Of a DNA stretch of 64,000 nucleotides, positions 50,955-64,000 are shown in pieces. Position 1 is the first letter of the stretch. The number at the start of each line of letters is the position of its first letter. Made by a program: the position numbers and the translations under genes. Origin of the DNA: an uncultured Gammaproteobacteria bacterium (GTDB lineage: Bacteria > Pseudomonadota > Gammaproteobacteria > Arenicellales > JAANXG01); assembly GCA_947259875.1 (NCBI GenBank), contig CAMYNX010000001.1, forward strand, positions 13,755 to 77,754, written 5' to 3'. Below the pieces are notes generated by a model that was not told the origin of the DNA, searched no databases, and was given only the letters and a program-made list of their open reading frames with translations.

Positions 50955-51310
50955 AAACTAAACACATTCTATCGCGCGAGATTCTTACCTCAGTGTATTC
51001 TCGAAACTCAACCACTGTTTATCGAATTGTTTATACATAGATCGAGCCGCGCAACCAAAGCGATCTAATATTAACTCGATTGCAGGAAGCACGTTAGTTT
51101 TGGTTTTCCCAGAGCGACGCAAGAACCTTTCGTGAAGCGCTACCGTGAAAACGGCACTTCTGCAGAATATGGAATTGTCCAGTAGGCATGAAATCGATGA
51201 TGTTGTAAACGGATTAGCTGCACAGAGTTAACCATTGATCAAGCGGCAATATCCATAGGAAAATATCACCGAGGTTAATTGAACAAGGTAAAATATGGAG
51301 CCAAATACTT

Positions 51311-52135
51311 GTGACGATGCATGAACAAGACCTAAATTTCAGCGGACGTACTATTTTTGTCTCGGGTGGCACAAGTGGTATCAACCTTGGTATTGCGGAA
51401 GCTTTTTCAAGAGCTGGGGGGAAATTGGCGGTGCTGAGCCGCTCACAAGAGAAGGTAAACGCAGCAGTACAGAAATTGCAGGAATACGGATCGGAGGCAA
51501 TTGGGTTTTCTGCCGATGTTCGTGACTTTGAGGCCGTGGAGACATCGCTGAAGAAGGCTCATGAAAATCTGGGTGAGATTGACGTGCTGATCTCTGGAGC
51601 CGCAGGGAATTTTCCCGCACCGGTGTTGGGCATGTCTGCTAACGGATTCAAGTCGGTGATTGATATCGATTTGTTAGGGACTTTTAACGTGTTACGCGCC
51701 GGTTACGCCTTTTTGAAAAAGCCCGGTGCAACGATCATCAACATCTCAGCGCCCCAGGCTTATGTCCCGACCCCGCTACAAGCTCATGTCTGTGCCGCGA
51801 AGGCCGGGGTCGATATGCTGACCCGTGTGCTGGCGTTGGAATGGGGTGACCAAGGAATCCGTGTTAATTCCATCGTACCGGGACCAATCGAAGGCACCGA
51901 GGGCATGGCGCGTCTCGCACCGACACCAACGTCACAGGCGGCAGTGGCAGCGAGTGTGCCCATGAAACGCATGGGAACCACCACCGACGTGGCCAAGCTG
52001 GCGCTCGTGTTGGCCTCTCCACTCGCTGATTATATCAATGGTGCCGTGATTCCGGTCGATGGTGGTTGGTCTTTGACTGGATTTGGCGATCTGATGAACA
52101 AGTTAGCTTCGCAATTCAAATCATCGGCCCAGTAA
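51311..52135 (+). CDS. SDR-family oxidoreductase, 2,4-dienoyl-CoA reductase (DECR2)-like
   Basis: TIFVSGGTSGINLGIAEAF (TGxxxGxG) and ISAPQAYVPTPLQAHVCAAKAGVDMLTRVLALEWG resemble peroxisomal-type dienoyl-CoA reductases. GTG 51311 lies 10 nt after GGAG. ATG 51317 is an alternative start. Confidence 0.7.
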   Translation: MTMHEQDLNFSGRTIFVSGGTSGINLGIAEAFSRAGGKLAVLSRSQEKVNAAVQKLQEYGSEAIGFSADVRDFEAVETSLKKAHENLGEIDVLISGAAGNFPAPVLGMSANGFKSVIDIDLLGTFNVLRAGYAFLKKPGATIINISAPQAYVPTPLQAHVCAAKAGVDMLTRVLALEWGDQGIRVNSIVPGPIEGTEGMARLAPTPTSQAAVAASVPMKRMGTTTDVAKLALVLASPLADYINGAVIPVDGGWSLTGFGDLMNKLASQFKSSAQ

Positions 52136-52140
52136 GAAAT

Positions 52141-53100
52141 ATGCAAGATGAGAATAGAATGACAGGCACTGAAGCGATCGATCATCTTTCTCAAACTCAG
52201 CAAAACGGACTGGTGAACAGCGCATTCGATCGTATTGCCCATCGGCGGGATGATCTTGAGTGGATTGCACAACATTTAAATAATGCCGGCACACGCTTTA
52301 TCCCGGTGTGGCGGCAAAAAAACCTCATCAGTGTCGATAAGCTGAAAGCGATGACGTTGTCGCATAAGGATATCGCCAAACCTGAAATGCTTTTAGAATC
52401 AACGGTTTTATTGGGTTCTCATGAGAGACATGCGTATTTTGCTTATTTCATTGACGAAGAATGTGATCCGATTCACGAGAAATTTTTGCATACCGATGCA
52501 ACATTTGAAGATCTGAGACGCCTCGGTCCGATGCTCGACGATTGGGATGCGTCGGTACTCGCTTATGCCAAAGGAATCTGTTACTGGCACGAACGTCATA
52601 GGTTTTGTGGCGTGTGTGGTTCACCAACCATCAACAGCAAGGCTGGCCATTTGAGATTATGTTCCAGCTCAGTTTGCGGAGCATCTCATTTTCCACGTAC
52701 GGATCCTGCGATAATCGTCTTAGTGCACTGCGAAGAACGCTGCCTTCTCGGACGCCAAGGTCAATGGCCAAAAGGCGTGTATTCGACGCTTGCCGGCTTT
52801 GTTGAGCCCGGTGAATCTGCGGAACAGGCGGTATTGAGAGAGGTTTGGGAGGAAACTGGGATACGTATAGAACAGATGTCATACCAGTCGTCTCAACCAT
52901 GGCCGTTCCCAAGTTCTTTAATGTTGGGCTTTCAGGCAACAGCACCGTTAAAGGAGATACGTAGAAATGACAATGAATTGGAAGATGCACGCTGGTTCAC
53001 GCGTGCGCAGGTTATCGACGCTATCGCTGATCGTGGTCCCCTCAAGCTTCCACCGACATTTTCGGTCTCTCGACGATTGATCGAAAACTGGTGCAGGTAA
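52141..53100 (+). CDS. nudC: NAD+ diphosphatase (NADH pyrophosphatase) NudC
   Basis: Zinc-ribbon CGVCGSPT...CSSSVCG. Nudix box GFVEPGESAEQAVLREVWEETGI, then SQPWPFPSSLMLGF. The track start at 52066 overlaps the SDR gene; ATG 52141 follows its stop. Confidence 0.88.
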   Translation: MQDENRMTGTEAIDHLSQTQQNGLVNSAFDRIAHRRDDLEWIAQHLNNAGTRFIPVWRQKNLISVDKLKAMTLSHKDIAKPEMLLESTVLLGSHERHAYFAYFIDEECDPIHEKFLHTDATFEDLRRLGPMLDDWDASVLAYAKGICYWHERHRFCGVCGSPTINSKAGHLRLCSSSVCGASHFPRTDPAIIVLVHCEERCLLGRQGQWPKGVYSTLAGFVEPGESAEQAVLREVWEETGIRIEQMSYQSSQPWPFPSSLMLGFQATAPLKEIRRNDNELEDARWFTRAQVIDAIADRGPLKLPPTFSVSRRLIENWCR

Positions 53101-53158
53101 ATCTATTTCATACACTGATCGTGTGTTGCGAAGTAAAAAGGTTTTTTTGGAGATACCT

Positions 53159-56487
<3,329 letters not shown>

Positions 56488-56651
56488 ACGATTTCGGCGA
56501 ACAAAATTTTGATGTGCATCATTGCGCTATGCGACAATAACCCATTATTCCAATCGAAAATAATACGATCAGTTATAGTAACCCTTCCACGCTCACTGGA
56601 GCCCGCCAAAGTGAATCAGGCGCCGGTTGAGTAGATGCCTGAGTAGTATTT

Positions 56652-57851
56652 ATGTCTGAAAATAGAGCCAAGGCGCTCGATTACCACGAGTTCCCAATAC
56701 CTGGAAAAATCTCGATACAGCCGACCAAGCCATTCGTCTCCGCCAGCGATCTATCGCTAGCCTATACCCCTGGTGTCGCGGAACCGGTTCGCGCGATCGC
56801 AGAAAACGAATACGAGGCATATCGCTATACGAATAAGGGCAACCTGGTCGCTGTTGTCACTGATGGTAGTGCCGTATTAGGACTCGGTAACGTAGGTCCC
56901 GTCGCTGGCAAACCGGTGATGGAAGGTAAGGCCGTGCTATTCAAGCGTTTTGCAAACATCGATGTTTTTGATATCGAGATTAAAGCACCCAGCACCGAAG
57001 CCTTTATTGAGACGGTAGTCCATATTTCGCCTACATTTGGTGCCATCAATCTAGAGGATATTGCCGCACCGAACTGTTTCATTATCGAGCAATCGTTAAG
57101 AGAACGTTTGGAAATCCCAGTGTTTCACGACGATCAGCATGGTACAGCGGTAATCGTATGCGCTGGTCTATTGAATTCATTGGAAATACAGGGTAAACGT
57201 CTGGAAGACGTGAGAATTGTCATGCTCGGGGCCGGGGCCGCGGGAATCGCAACAACGCGTTTGCTCATTGCCTTGGGTTCAAAACGTGAAAATATAATTT
57301 TGGTCGACCGCAAGGGAGTAATTCATACTAGGCGCTCGGACATCAATATCTACAAGCAGGCTTATGCGGTGGATACCCCGCTCGAGACACTCGACGAGGC
57401 GATGTTAGATGCGGATGTATTCGTGGGAGTATCTGGCCCCAATCTGGTGACCGCAGACATGATTAAGACGATGGCCGATCGCGCGATCGTGTTCGCGCTG
57501 TCGAATCCGATCCCAGAAATCATGCCAGATGTCGCGAGCGCGGTACGCGATGACATCATCATGGCCACCGGGCGTTCTGACTTTCCCAATCAGGTTAATA
57601 ACTCGCTGTGTTTTCCGTTTTTGTTCCGCGGCGTCTTGGACGCCAAAGCGCACAAGATCACTGAGAAAATACTCATCGCTGCGACCCGGGCCCTGGCCGA
57701 GCTGGCCAAGGAGCCGGTCCCCAACGAAGTACTGAAGGCGTATCACATCGAGGAACTATCGTTCGGCCCCAAATACATCATCCCAACTCAGTTTGACCCA
57801 CGGTTGATAGAAACCGTGCCGTTGCGCGTCGCCGAAGCGGCCCGTAGCTAA
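56652..57851 (+). CDS. NAD(P)-dependent malic enzyme, short form without a PTA-like domain
   Basis: LAYTPGVAEP, VAVVTDGSAVLGLGNVG, FHDDQHGTA, MLGAGAAGIA and ALSNPIPEI. 399 aa. Confidence 0.88.
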   Translation: MSENRAKALDYHEFPIPGKISIQPTKPFVSASDLSLAYTPGVAEPVRAIAENEYEAYRYTNKGNLVAVVTDGSAVLGLGNVGPVAGKPVMEGKAVLFKRFANIDVFDIEIKAPSTEAFIETVVHISPTFGAINLEDIAAPNCFIIEQSLRERLEIPVFHDDQHGTAVIVCAGLLNSLEIQGKRLEDVRIVMLGAGAAGIATTRLLIALGSKRENIILVDRKGVIHTRRSDINIYKQAYAVDTPLETLDEAMLDADVFVGVSGPNLVTADMIKTMADRAIVFALSNPIPEIMPDVASAVRDDIIMATGRSDFPNQVNNSLCFPFLFRGVLDAKAHKITEKILIAATRALAELAKEPVPNEVLKAYHIEELSFGPKYIIPTQFDPRLIETVPLRVAEAARS

Positions 57852-57918
57852 TACCCCACAGCCGTTTGCAAGCTGTGATATATGTTAAAAAACAAATAAG
57901 GTAATTTCTGCGAATATC

Positions 57919-59088
57919 ATGAAAGTACATGAATATCAAGGAAAAGAAATCTTGAGAGCATACGGAGTCGCGACCCCACGTGGCGAGGTCTGTTTCTCGG
58001 TCGAAGAGGCGGTGGCCGCGGCTGAACAACTTGGTAGCGGGCCATGGGTGGTCAAGGCGCAGATCCACGCGGGCGGCCGCGGCAAAGGCGGTGGGGTGCG
58101 CTTGGCGCGCTCAGCGGATGAAGTCCGTCAACATGCGGCGGACATCCTGGGTATGACACTGATCACCCATCAAACGGGTCCCGAAGGAAAGATCGTTAAA
58201 CGATTGCTGGTTGAGGAAGGCGCCGATATCGAGCGCGAATTCTATGTCGGCATAGTTGTCGATCGCTCGGCTCAGAGAGTCGTAGTGATGGCGAGTTCGG
58301 AGGGAGGTACCGAGATCGAGGAGGTCGCCGCGCAAACACCTGAGAAGATTCATAAGGCAATCGTTGACCCCGTGGCCGGGTTGACACGTGAGCAGGCCAA
58401 AGACCTGGCGGCAAAAATCGGACTGCCTGACACGGTCCTAGACCACGCCGCCGAGTTTCTGCTCGGACTTTATCGGGTCTATTGGGGCACCGATGCATCG
58501 TTGGCGGAGATCAATCCTCTGATTCTGACCACCGACAACAAAGTGCTTGCCCTCGACGCGAAACTTAATTTCGACGACAACGCACTGTTCAGGCATCCCG
58601 AAACCAAGGAGCTACGAGATCTCGACGAGGAGGATCCGAATGAGATCGAGGCATCCAAGTATGGCCTTAGTTACATCGCTTTGGACGGCAACATTGGATG
58701 CCTGGTCAATGGCGCGGGGCTGGCAATGGCGACCATGGACATCATTAAGTTGTATGGCGCAGAACCGGCAAATTTCCTAGATGTTGGAGGCGGCGCGACC
58801 ACAGAACAGGTTACCGAGGCGTTTGTCATTATGATGCGGAACCCCAATTTGAAAGCGATTTTGGTCAACATCTTCGGCGGCATTATGCGCTGCGATGTCA
58901 TCGCCGACGGGCTGGTCAATGCGGCCAAGGAGGTTCATTTGTCGGTGCCGCTGGTTGTCCGCCTGGAGGGCACCAACGTCGTCCAGGGAAGGGAAATCAT
59001 CGCCAATTCCGGTATCGAGATCACATCCGCCACCACCATGGCCGATGCGGCGGAAAAGGTGGTGGCCGCTGCGCGAGGTCATCGATAA
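57919..59088 (+). CDS. sucC: Succinyl-CoA synthetase beta subunit
   Basis: [51 protein letters not shown] and [11 protein letters not shown]. Confidence 0.96.
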   Translation: MKVHEYQGKEILRAYGVATPRGEVCFSVEEAVAAAEQLGSGPWVVKAQIHAGGRGKGGGVRLARSADEVRQHAADILGMTLITHQTGPEGKIVKRLLVEEGADIEREFYVGIVVDRSAQRVVVMASSEGGTEIEEVAAQTPEKIHKAIVDPVAGLTREQAKDLAAKIGLPDTVLDHAAEFLLGLYRVYWGTDASLAEINPLILTTDNKVLALDAKLNFDDNALFRHPETKELRDLDEEDPNEIEASKYGLSYIALDGNIGCLVNGAGLAMATMDIIKLYGAEPANFLDVGGGATTEQVTEAFVIMMRNPNLKAILVNIFGGIMRCDVIADGLVNAAKEVHLSVPLVVRLEGTNVVQGREIIANSGIEITSATTMADAAEKVVAAARGHR

Positions 59089-59966
59089 TGTCCATCCTGA
59101 TCAATAAACAGTCCCGCGTCGTGACCCAGGGTATCACCGGCAAGACCGGAGAGTTTCACACTAAGTATTGTGTCGAGTATGCCCTTGGCAAAGTGTGTTT
59201 CGTCGCCGGCGTCACGCCAGGTAAGGGCGGCCAGCAAGTTGAAGGGATTCCGGTCTTCGATACCGTGGAAGATGCGAAAAACAGCACCGGCGCCAATGTT
59301 TCAGTTATCTATGTGCCGCCGCGATTCGCGGCGGCCGCGATAGATGAGGCGGTCGAAGCCGGGATGGAAGTCGTGATTTGCATCACTGAAGGCGTCCCCG
59401 TCAAAGACATGATTTTGACTCGCTACAAGATGCGTGACCAAAACACGATACTGGTAGGGCCCAACTGCCCCGGTGTAATTACGCCTGATGAGATCAAGAT
59501 CGGAATTATGCCTGGTTACATTCATAAAAAGGGCCCGGTTGGCGTGATATCGCGCTCCGGGACGCTGACCTACGAGGTTGTTGATCAACTCACACAGCTT
59601 GGTCTTGGGCAATCCACATGCATTGGCATCGGTGGCGACCCGGTCAACGGTGTGAAACACTTAGATGTGATACGAATGTTCAATGATGATCCGCAGACCG
59701 AGGGTGTTGTCATGGTCGGCGAGATAGGTGGCACGGACGAGGAGGAATGCGCCGCCTGGGTAAAACAACATATGAGCAAACCGGTGGTAGGCTTTATCGC
59801 CGGCGTCACCGCGCCGCCGGGCAAACGCATGGGTCACGCGGGGGCTATTATTTCCGGCGGAAAAGGCACCGCCACCGAAAAAATCAAAGCTATGGAAAAC
59901 GCGGGAATCCGTGTAACTCGTAATCCGGCCGAAATCGGTAAATTGATGGACAAAGCTCTGAATTAG
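59088..59966 (+). CDS. sucD: Succinyl-CoA synthetase alpha subunit
   Basis: [30 protein letters not shown] and phosphohistidine loop [15 protein letters not shown]. The start overlaps the sucC stop (TAATG). Confidence 0.96.
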   Translation: MSILINKQSRVVTQGITGKTGEFHTKYCVEYALGKVCFVAGVTPGKGGQQVEGIPVFDTVEDAKNSTGANVSVIYVPPRFAAAAIDEAVEAGMEVVICITEGVPVKDMILTRYKMRDQNTILVGPNCPGVITPDEIKIGIMPGYIHKKGPVGVISRSGTLTYEVVDQLTQLGLGQSTCIGIGGDPVNGVKHLDVIRMFNDDPQTEGVVMVGEIGGTDEEECAAWVKQHMSKPVVGFIAGVTAPPGKRMGHAGAIISGGKGTATEKIKAMENAGIRVTRNPAEIGKLMDKALN

Positions 59967-60071
59967 TCACCTCTATCGGCCAGTATCATAGTTTTTCTTT
60001 ATCCTGCGTAGCCATTTTTTCGAAATACGAAAGTTTCATCACATCCAGGGCTGCGGGCATTACGCGTAACT

Positions 60072-60794
60072 TTGCTTTCGGAAAATCGATGCTTAGAACT
60101 AGGGAAGTTCAATTCGACCGTCAGCTACTACGGAGAACCAAGATTGGTTAATGATGATAACGAATTCGTTAAACGTCTGATTGATCAGCAAGTGGTGTCT
60201 TCTCCGGTATTGGAGCTTGGAACGGGCTACGGTGGCCGTACCTGTCGGGACTTGGTTGTCGCAAATGGAATGGAATACTATGGCACGGACGTTCGTGCGA
60301 GCGATGGTGTCGACTTTGTTGCAAACTTTGAGTGGGCAGATGACATGGAGGTATTCGGCAACGTTGCGCCACTCGGTTCGGTACTAATACTAAACGTTCT
60401 AGAACATGTTTTTAACCCTATTCGCATTCTCGATAACGCCTGTACACTTGTCAGGAAAGGGGGGGTAATTGTAGTCATCACGCCGGCAGTTTGGCCGCTG
60501 CACAACTTTCCGATGGACACCTGGAGAATAATGCCTAATTTCTATGAGGAGTACGCACAGCGCCGGAAGCTGGATCTCGTTCAGAAATATTTTGAGTACC
60601 TTGGCAAAGGTCCAGTATCGGCGTTCCAAGAAGCGGATGGTGCATACAGATTTCCACCACCTTGCGACGCTAAATTCAAGTACTCGTACAGTCGAATAGT
60701 ACACAAAGCGTTCAATACATTTGGACGATCAATGTTCCAACCAAGTCATGTGGGCATTGGAGCTGTATTTATTGATCTCAAGCAATCGAGCTGA
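60072..60794 (+). CDS. Class I SAM-dependent methyltransferase (probable)
   Basis: TTG start. Motif I-like VLELGTGYGG, post-II ILNVLEHVFNP and LVRKGGVIVVITP. No closer assignment is possible. Confidence 0.55.
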   Translation: MLSENRCLELGKFNSTVSYYGEPRLVNDDNEFVKRLIDQQVVSSPVLELGTGYGGRTCRDLVVANGMEYYGTDVRASDGVDFVANFEWADDMEVFGNVAPLGSVLILNVLEHVFNPIRILDNACTLVRKGGVIVVITPAVWPLHNFPMDTWRIMPNFYEEYAQRRKLDLVQKYFEYLGKGPVSAFQEADGAYRFPPPCDAKFKYSYSRIVHKAFNTFGRSMFQPSHVGIGAVFIDLKQSS

Positions 60795-60972
60795 GAGCGG
60801 GGCGGCCAGATGCGGTAAACGGTGCCAATCGGGGGCGTCGTTAATAGCTTAGAAAAAAAAACGGTGTAGCTTTTGGGTATGCAGGTTACACGCTACAAGA
60901 CGACGCTTGTTCGCGCGGATGATCGATTTTTGACGCTGTATCTCTCGTTAAAAAACCTCCCCAGTTGATCCT

Positions 60973-61944
60973 ATGAGAATTTCAATTGCCATGCCCGTCT
61001 ATCAAGGCGAAGCGTATCTCGAGGAAACGCTTGTCAGTATCGGAAAACAAACGAGGTTGCCGGACGAGGTGGTGATGTCAGACGACGATTCTAGAGATAC
61101 CACCTCTGAGATTGTTGAGCAATTTGCAAAAACAGCGCAGTTTGAAGTCAAGCTCTTGAGTCACAACCGTTCTGGAATTACAGCAAATTACCAGAACGCG
61201 CTGCGCTCAACGAGCGGTGAGGTGATTATATTCAGCGATCAAGACGACTTTTGGCTACCCAACAAGATCGAAGTTATCGAGAAATCGTTCCTGGCTCGCC
61301 AAGATGTATCCATCGTATCTTCCGACAGCGCTTTGGTTGATCAATTTCTGCAGCCGTTGGGCACGACCCTGCGTGGGGGTAAAGCGAAGTCTAAACAGCT
61401 GGCTGACGCCACGAATCGGGCGGATGATTTTCTGCAGTTTCTCAAGGGTCTGCCTTTACTTGCCCATACTTTGGCTATCCGAGCAATCTGTAAGGCGAAA
61501 ATACTCGATAAACCTGACGAACTGACTGAGTGGTGGTTTGAAAGCTGGGTAGGCAATGTCGCTGTTTGTCATGGCCGGTTGGCCTTGATCGAGGAGGTAT
61601 TGACCCTCTACCGCCAGCATGCCGCACAAGTGGCTGGTACTCCGTCGTTTACAAATCCAGAGCAGATTTCGACGATAGCGAGTTACGGAAGACGCATCGA
61701 ACAATTGCGCTATCTGCGAGAAATATTAGTTCGCGGACTGGAAAATCAGTTGTTGGACGAACGAGAACGCGAGCGCAGACTGCACATGCTTGATGATTAC
61801 GTCGATTTCCTCAAAACACGTATTACCCTGAGACACTCTGTACCCAGCCGCTGGCGGCACGGCACACATCTGCTTCTTTCCGGTTATTACCATCGATACG
61901 CTCGCGGGTGGCTGAGCTTTGCCAAAGATCTCATATCAAAATAG
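60973..61944 (+). CDS. Glycosyltransferase, GT2 family
   Basis: MRISIAMPVYQGEAYLEETLVSIGKQT...VVMSDDDSRDTT...IIFSDQDD (DXD). Confidence 0.82.
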   Translation: MRISIAMPVYQGEAYLEETLVSIGKQTRLPDEVVMSDDDSRDTTSEIVEQFAKTAQFEVKLLSHNRSGITANYQNALRSTSGEVIIFSDQDDFWLPNKIEVIEKSFLARQDVSIVSSDSALVDQFLQPLGTTLRGGKAKSKQLADATNRADDFLQFLKGLPLLAHTLAIRAICKAKILDKPDELTEWWFESWVGNVAVCHGRLALIEEVLTLYRQHAAQVAGTPSFTNPEQISTIASYGRRIEQLRYLREILVRGLENQLLDERERERRLHMLDDYVDFLKTRITLRHSVPSRWRHGTHLLLSGYYHRYARGWLSFAKDLISK

Positions 61945-62292
61945 AGTATGAAATCTGTGCATATATCAGGTCCACCACCGGACGAAATTTCTTGAATTCA
62001 TGAAATACCACCTGCGAGTACTTCGATGCCTCAGTAGTCCGGCTTTTTTCAACTACATGTTGTCACTGACATTATGGGATATCGGGTTGCAGGACCCGTG
62101 TAGGCAGTCCTGTTCAGCTTCATCGCTCCAGTCTAAACACAGGAAGATTGTGGAACGGCTCTAATCCCGATGCTCACGCATGGAGAGTTCACGCAAGATT
62201 AAATATAAAAAATGGATGAGGCCGGAGATTCAATGACGCGTTGTCGCAAGCAAGACATTCAATAGCCGCTTGATGCGCAGGCGCGGCGCGAC

Positions 62293-63687
62293 TCAAGTCA
62301 GGGACTTTACCACTGCCTCGATACTGTCCTTGGCATCGCCGAACAGCATGCGCGTGTTTTCCCGGTAGAACAGGGGATTGTCGACACCCGCATAGCCGGT
62401 GGCCATGCTGCGTTTCAACACTACCGCGGTGCCTGCCTTCCACACCTCCAGTACCGGCATGCCGGCGATCGGGCTGTTGGGATCTTCTTGGGCGGAGGGA
62501 TTGACGATGTCATTGGCGCCGATAACCATGGCCACGTCTGTGTTCGGGAAATCATCGTTGATCTCGTCCATCTCCAACACGATGTCGTAGGGGACCTTGG
62601 CCTCGGCCAGCAACACGTTCATGTGACCGGGCATGCGCCCGGCAACCGGGTGGATGCCATAGCGCACATTGACCCCGGCGCTGCGCAGCTTTTGCGTCAA
62701 TTCGGAAATCACGTGCTGGGCATGGGCGACCGCCATGCCGTACCCGGGTACGATGACCACCTCTTTTGCAGCACTCAGCAAATCAGCCGTTTCTTCCGCC
62801 GATACCGCGGTGACCTCTCCCGCGTCCTCTGCGGCGGCCACCGCAGTGCCGCCCTCGGTCCCGAATCCGCCAGCGATAACGGCGAGGAACCGACGATTCA
62901 TGGCGCGGCACATGATATAGCTCAAAATCGCGCCGCTCGAGCCAACCAAGGCACCGGTGACAATCAGCAAGTCATTCGACAACATGAAGCCCGTCGCCGC
63001 CGCTGCCCAACCGGAGTAGCTGTTGAGCATCGAGATCACTACCGGCATGTCCGCGCCGCCGATGGCCATCACCATGTGCACACCGAACGCAAACGCGATT
63101 AAGGTCATGATGATCAACGGCAGTACGCCGGCGCCGATGCTTTCCGCACCCACAAACGCGATGCCCAACCAGATACAAACGAGACCCGCGGCGAGATTCA
63201 GCCAGTGGCGCGCCGGCAGCATCAACGGCGCGCTTCCGATCACCGCCTGGAGCTTGCCGAAGGCAATGACCGAACCGGTGAATGTGATCGCACCAATGAA
63301 AACTCCGAGATAGATTTCTATCTCATGAATGGTTTTTTCGGTGCCTTCAAAATGGATGCTGGGGTCTATGTAGTTGGCGAAGCCCACGAACACCGCGGCG
63401 AGGCCGACAAAACTATGCAACATTGCCACCAGCTGGGGCATCGCGGTCATCTGCACCCTGGCGGCGACGATAAACCCGGCGATTGCGCCGATTATCATCA
63501 TCGGAGCAATGAGGCCCAATCCAGACACCTGATCACTGGTGATGGTCGCGATAATTGCGATGGCCATACCGATGATCCCATACACATTACCGCGGCGGGC
63601 CGACTCCTGGTGACTCAGGCCTCCAAGGCTCAGTATAAACAAGATGCTGGCAACTATGTATGAGGCGGTGACAACTCCCGCAGGCAT
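62293..63687 (-). CDS. pntB: NAD(P) transhydrogenase beta subunit
   Basis: N-terminal membrane domain, then the NADP(H)-binding domain III: [31 protein letters not shown] and [10 protein letters not shown]. Confidence 0.95.
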   Translation of the reverse strand: MPAGVVTASYIVASILFILSLGGLSHQESARRGNVYGIIGMAIAIIATITSDQVSGLGLIAPMMIIGAIAGFIVAARVQMTAMPQLVAMLHSFVGLAAVFVGFANYIDPSIHFEGTEKTIHEIEIYLGVFIGAITFTGSVIAFGKLQAVIGSAPLMLPARHWLNLAAGLVCIWLGIAFVGAESIGAGVLPLIIMTLIAFAFGVHMVMAIGGADMPVVISMLNSYSGWAAAATGFMLSNDLLIVTGALVGSSGAILSYIMCRAMNRRFLAVIAGGFGTEGGTAVAAAEDAGEVTAVSAEETADLLSAAKEVVIVPGYGMAVAHAQHVISELTQKLRSAGVNVRYGIHPVAGRMPGHMNVLLAEAKVPYDIVLEMDEINDDFPNTDVAMVIGANDIVNPSAQEDPNSPIAGMPVLEVWKAGTAVVLKRSMATGYAGVDNPLFYRENTRMLFGDAKDSIEAVVKSLT

Positions 63688-63697
63688 GAACTAACTC

Positions 63698-64000
63698 CTA
63701 TTTGCGAAACATCTTCAACATGCGTTGGGTGACGAGGAATCCCCCGGCGACGTTGACGGTGGCAATCAGCACTGACACCGCGGCTAGAAACACGACAATG
63801 CCGCTGGGCGCGCTGATCTGCAGCAAGGCGCCGATGAGGATGATTCCGCTGATGGCATTGGTGACGCTCATCAGCGGTGTATGCAAAGCGGGGGTCACCG
63901 ACCAGATCACCTGGTAGCCGACAAAAATCGCCAATACAAAGACGATAAAATGACTCATGAACGCAGCGGGCGCGACTGATCCGAGAGCGAGGATGGCGAT
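63698..64000 (-). CDS. pntA: NAD(P) transhydrogenase alpha subunit, C-terminal membrane part (5'-truncated by the window edge)
   Basis: [44 protein letters not shown] matches the PntA transmembrane region. The frame stays open upstream of the track's Met (..[17 protein letters not shown]..) to nt 64000. Confidence 0.88.
   Translation of the reverse strand: MAILALGSVAPAAFMSHFIVFVLAIFVGYQVIWSVTPALHTPLMSVTNAISGIILIGALLQISAPSGIVVFLAAVSVLIATVNVAGGFLVTQRMLKMFRK

Noticed and set aside
47513-51310. Classical tRNA-integrated genomic island at tRNA-Ser
   Set aside because: There is no integrase, excisionase or transposase anywhere in the window. I found no duplicated copy of the tRNA 3' end that would mark an att site.
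62488-63102. 204-aa ORF on the + strand, plus other + strand ORFs at 62399-63663
   Set aside because: They are entirely antisense to the well-supported pntB gene. The translation is Arg/His/Gly-rich low-complexity sequence, typical of the reverse frame of a GC-rich membrane-protein gene.

Overview
All calls come from reading the ORF translations and the DNA by eye; no searches were run. The window looks like a gammaproteobacterial chromosome segment with E. coli-like local synteny (trxB ... ftsK-lolA ... serS; yccA near tRNA-Ser(UGA)).

Layout:
- 0-17.3 kb, housekeeping: 5'-partial capD/wbpM-type dehydratase, manC, hpt, an MTAP-family phosphorylase, csiV-like, def, mfd, ispDF, smrB, trxB, ftsK, lolA, crcB plus DUF190, serS.
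- 17.5-47.5 kb, glycan island: 25 co-directional (+) genes.
  - A secreted protein with two repeated domains and a Pro/Thr-rich tail.
  - An outer-membrane (OM) beta-barrel, a short OPX (Wza-like OM export protein) and a Wzc-type tyrosine autokinase.
  - A TPR-like anchor protein and a WaaL/PglL-family ligase.
  - UDP-xylose synthase, GalE and an AsnB-like amidotransferase.
  - Wzm and Wzt (with a C-terminal glycan-binding-type domain), plus an FkbM methyltransferase.
  - Nine glycosyltransferases and a second Wzy-like protein.
  - A carbamoyltransferase, a 50-aa DUF5989 micro-ORF missed by the ORF track, and a WecA-type initiating transferase.
- 47.5-64 kb, housekeeping again: yccA, a GT-C-like membrane protein, tRNA-Ser(UGA), a DECR-like SDR, nudC, fadBA, malic enzyme, sucCD, a methyltransferase+GT2 islet, pntB and partial pntA.

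I found no CRISPR array, transposase, integrase, phage gene or recognisable defence gene.

The best candidate for something undescribed is the head of the island (17.5-25.5 kb). It encodes a possibly Tat-exported protein with a mucin-like tail next to a beta-barrel plus helix-less OPX translocon, a kinase and a WaaL/PglL-family ligase. The island also mixes Wzy-type and ABC-type export hallmarks but has no Wzx flippase and no Wzc phosphatase.
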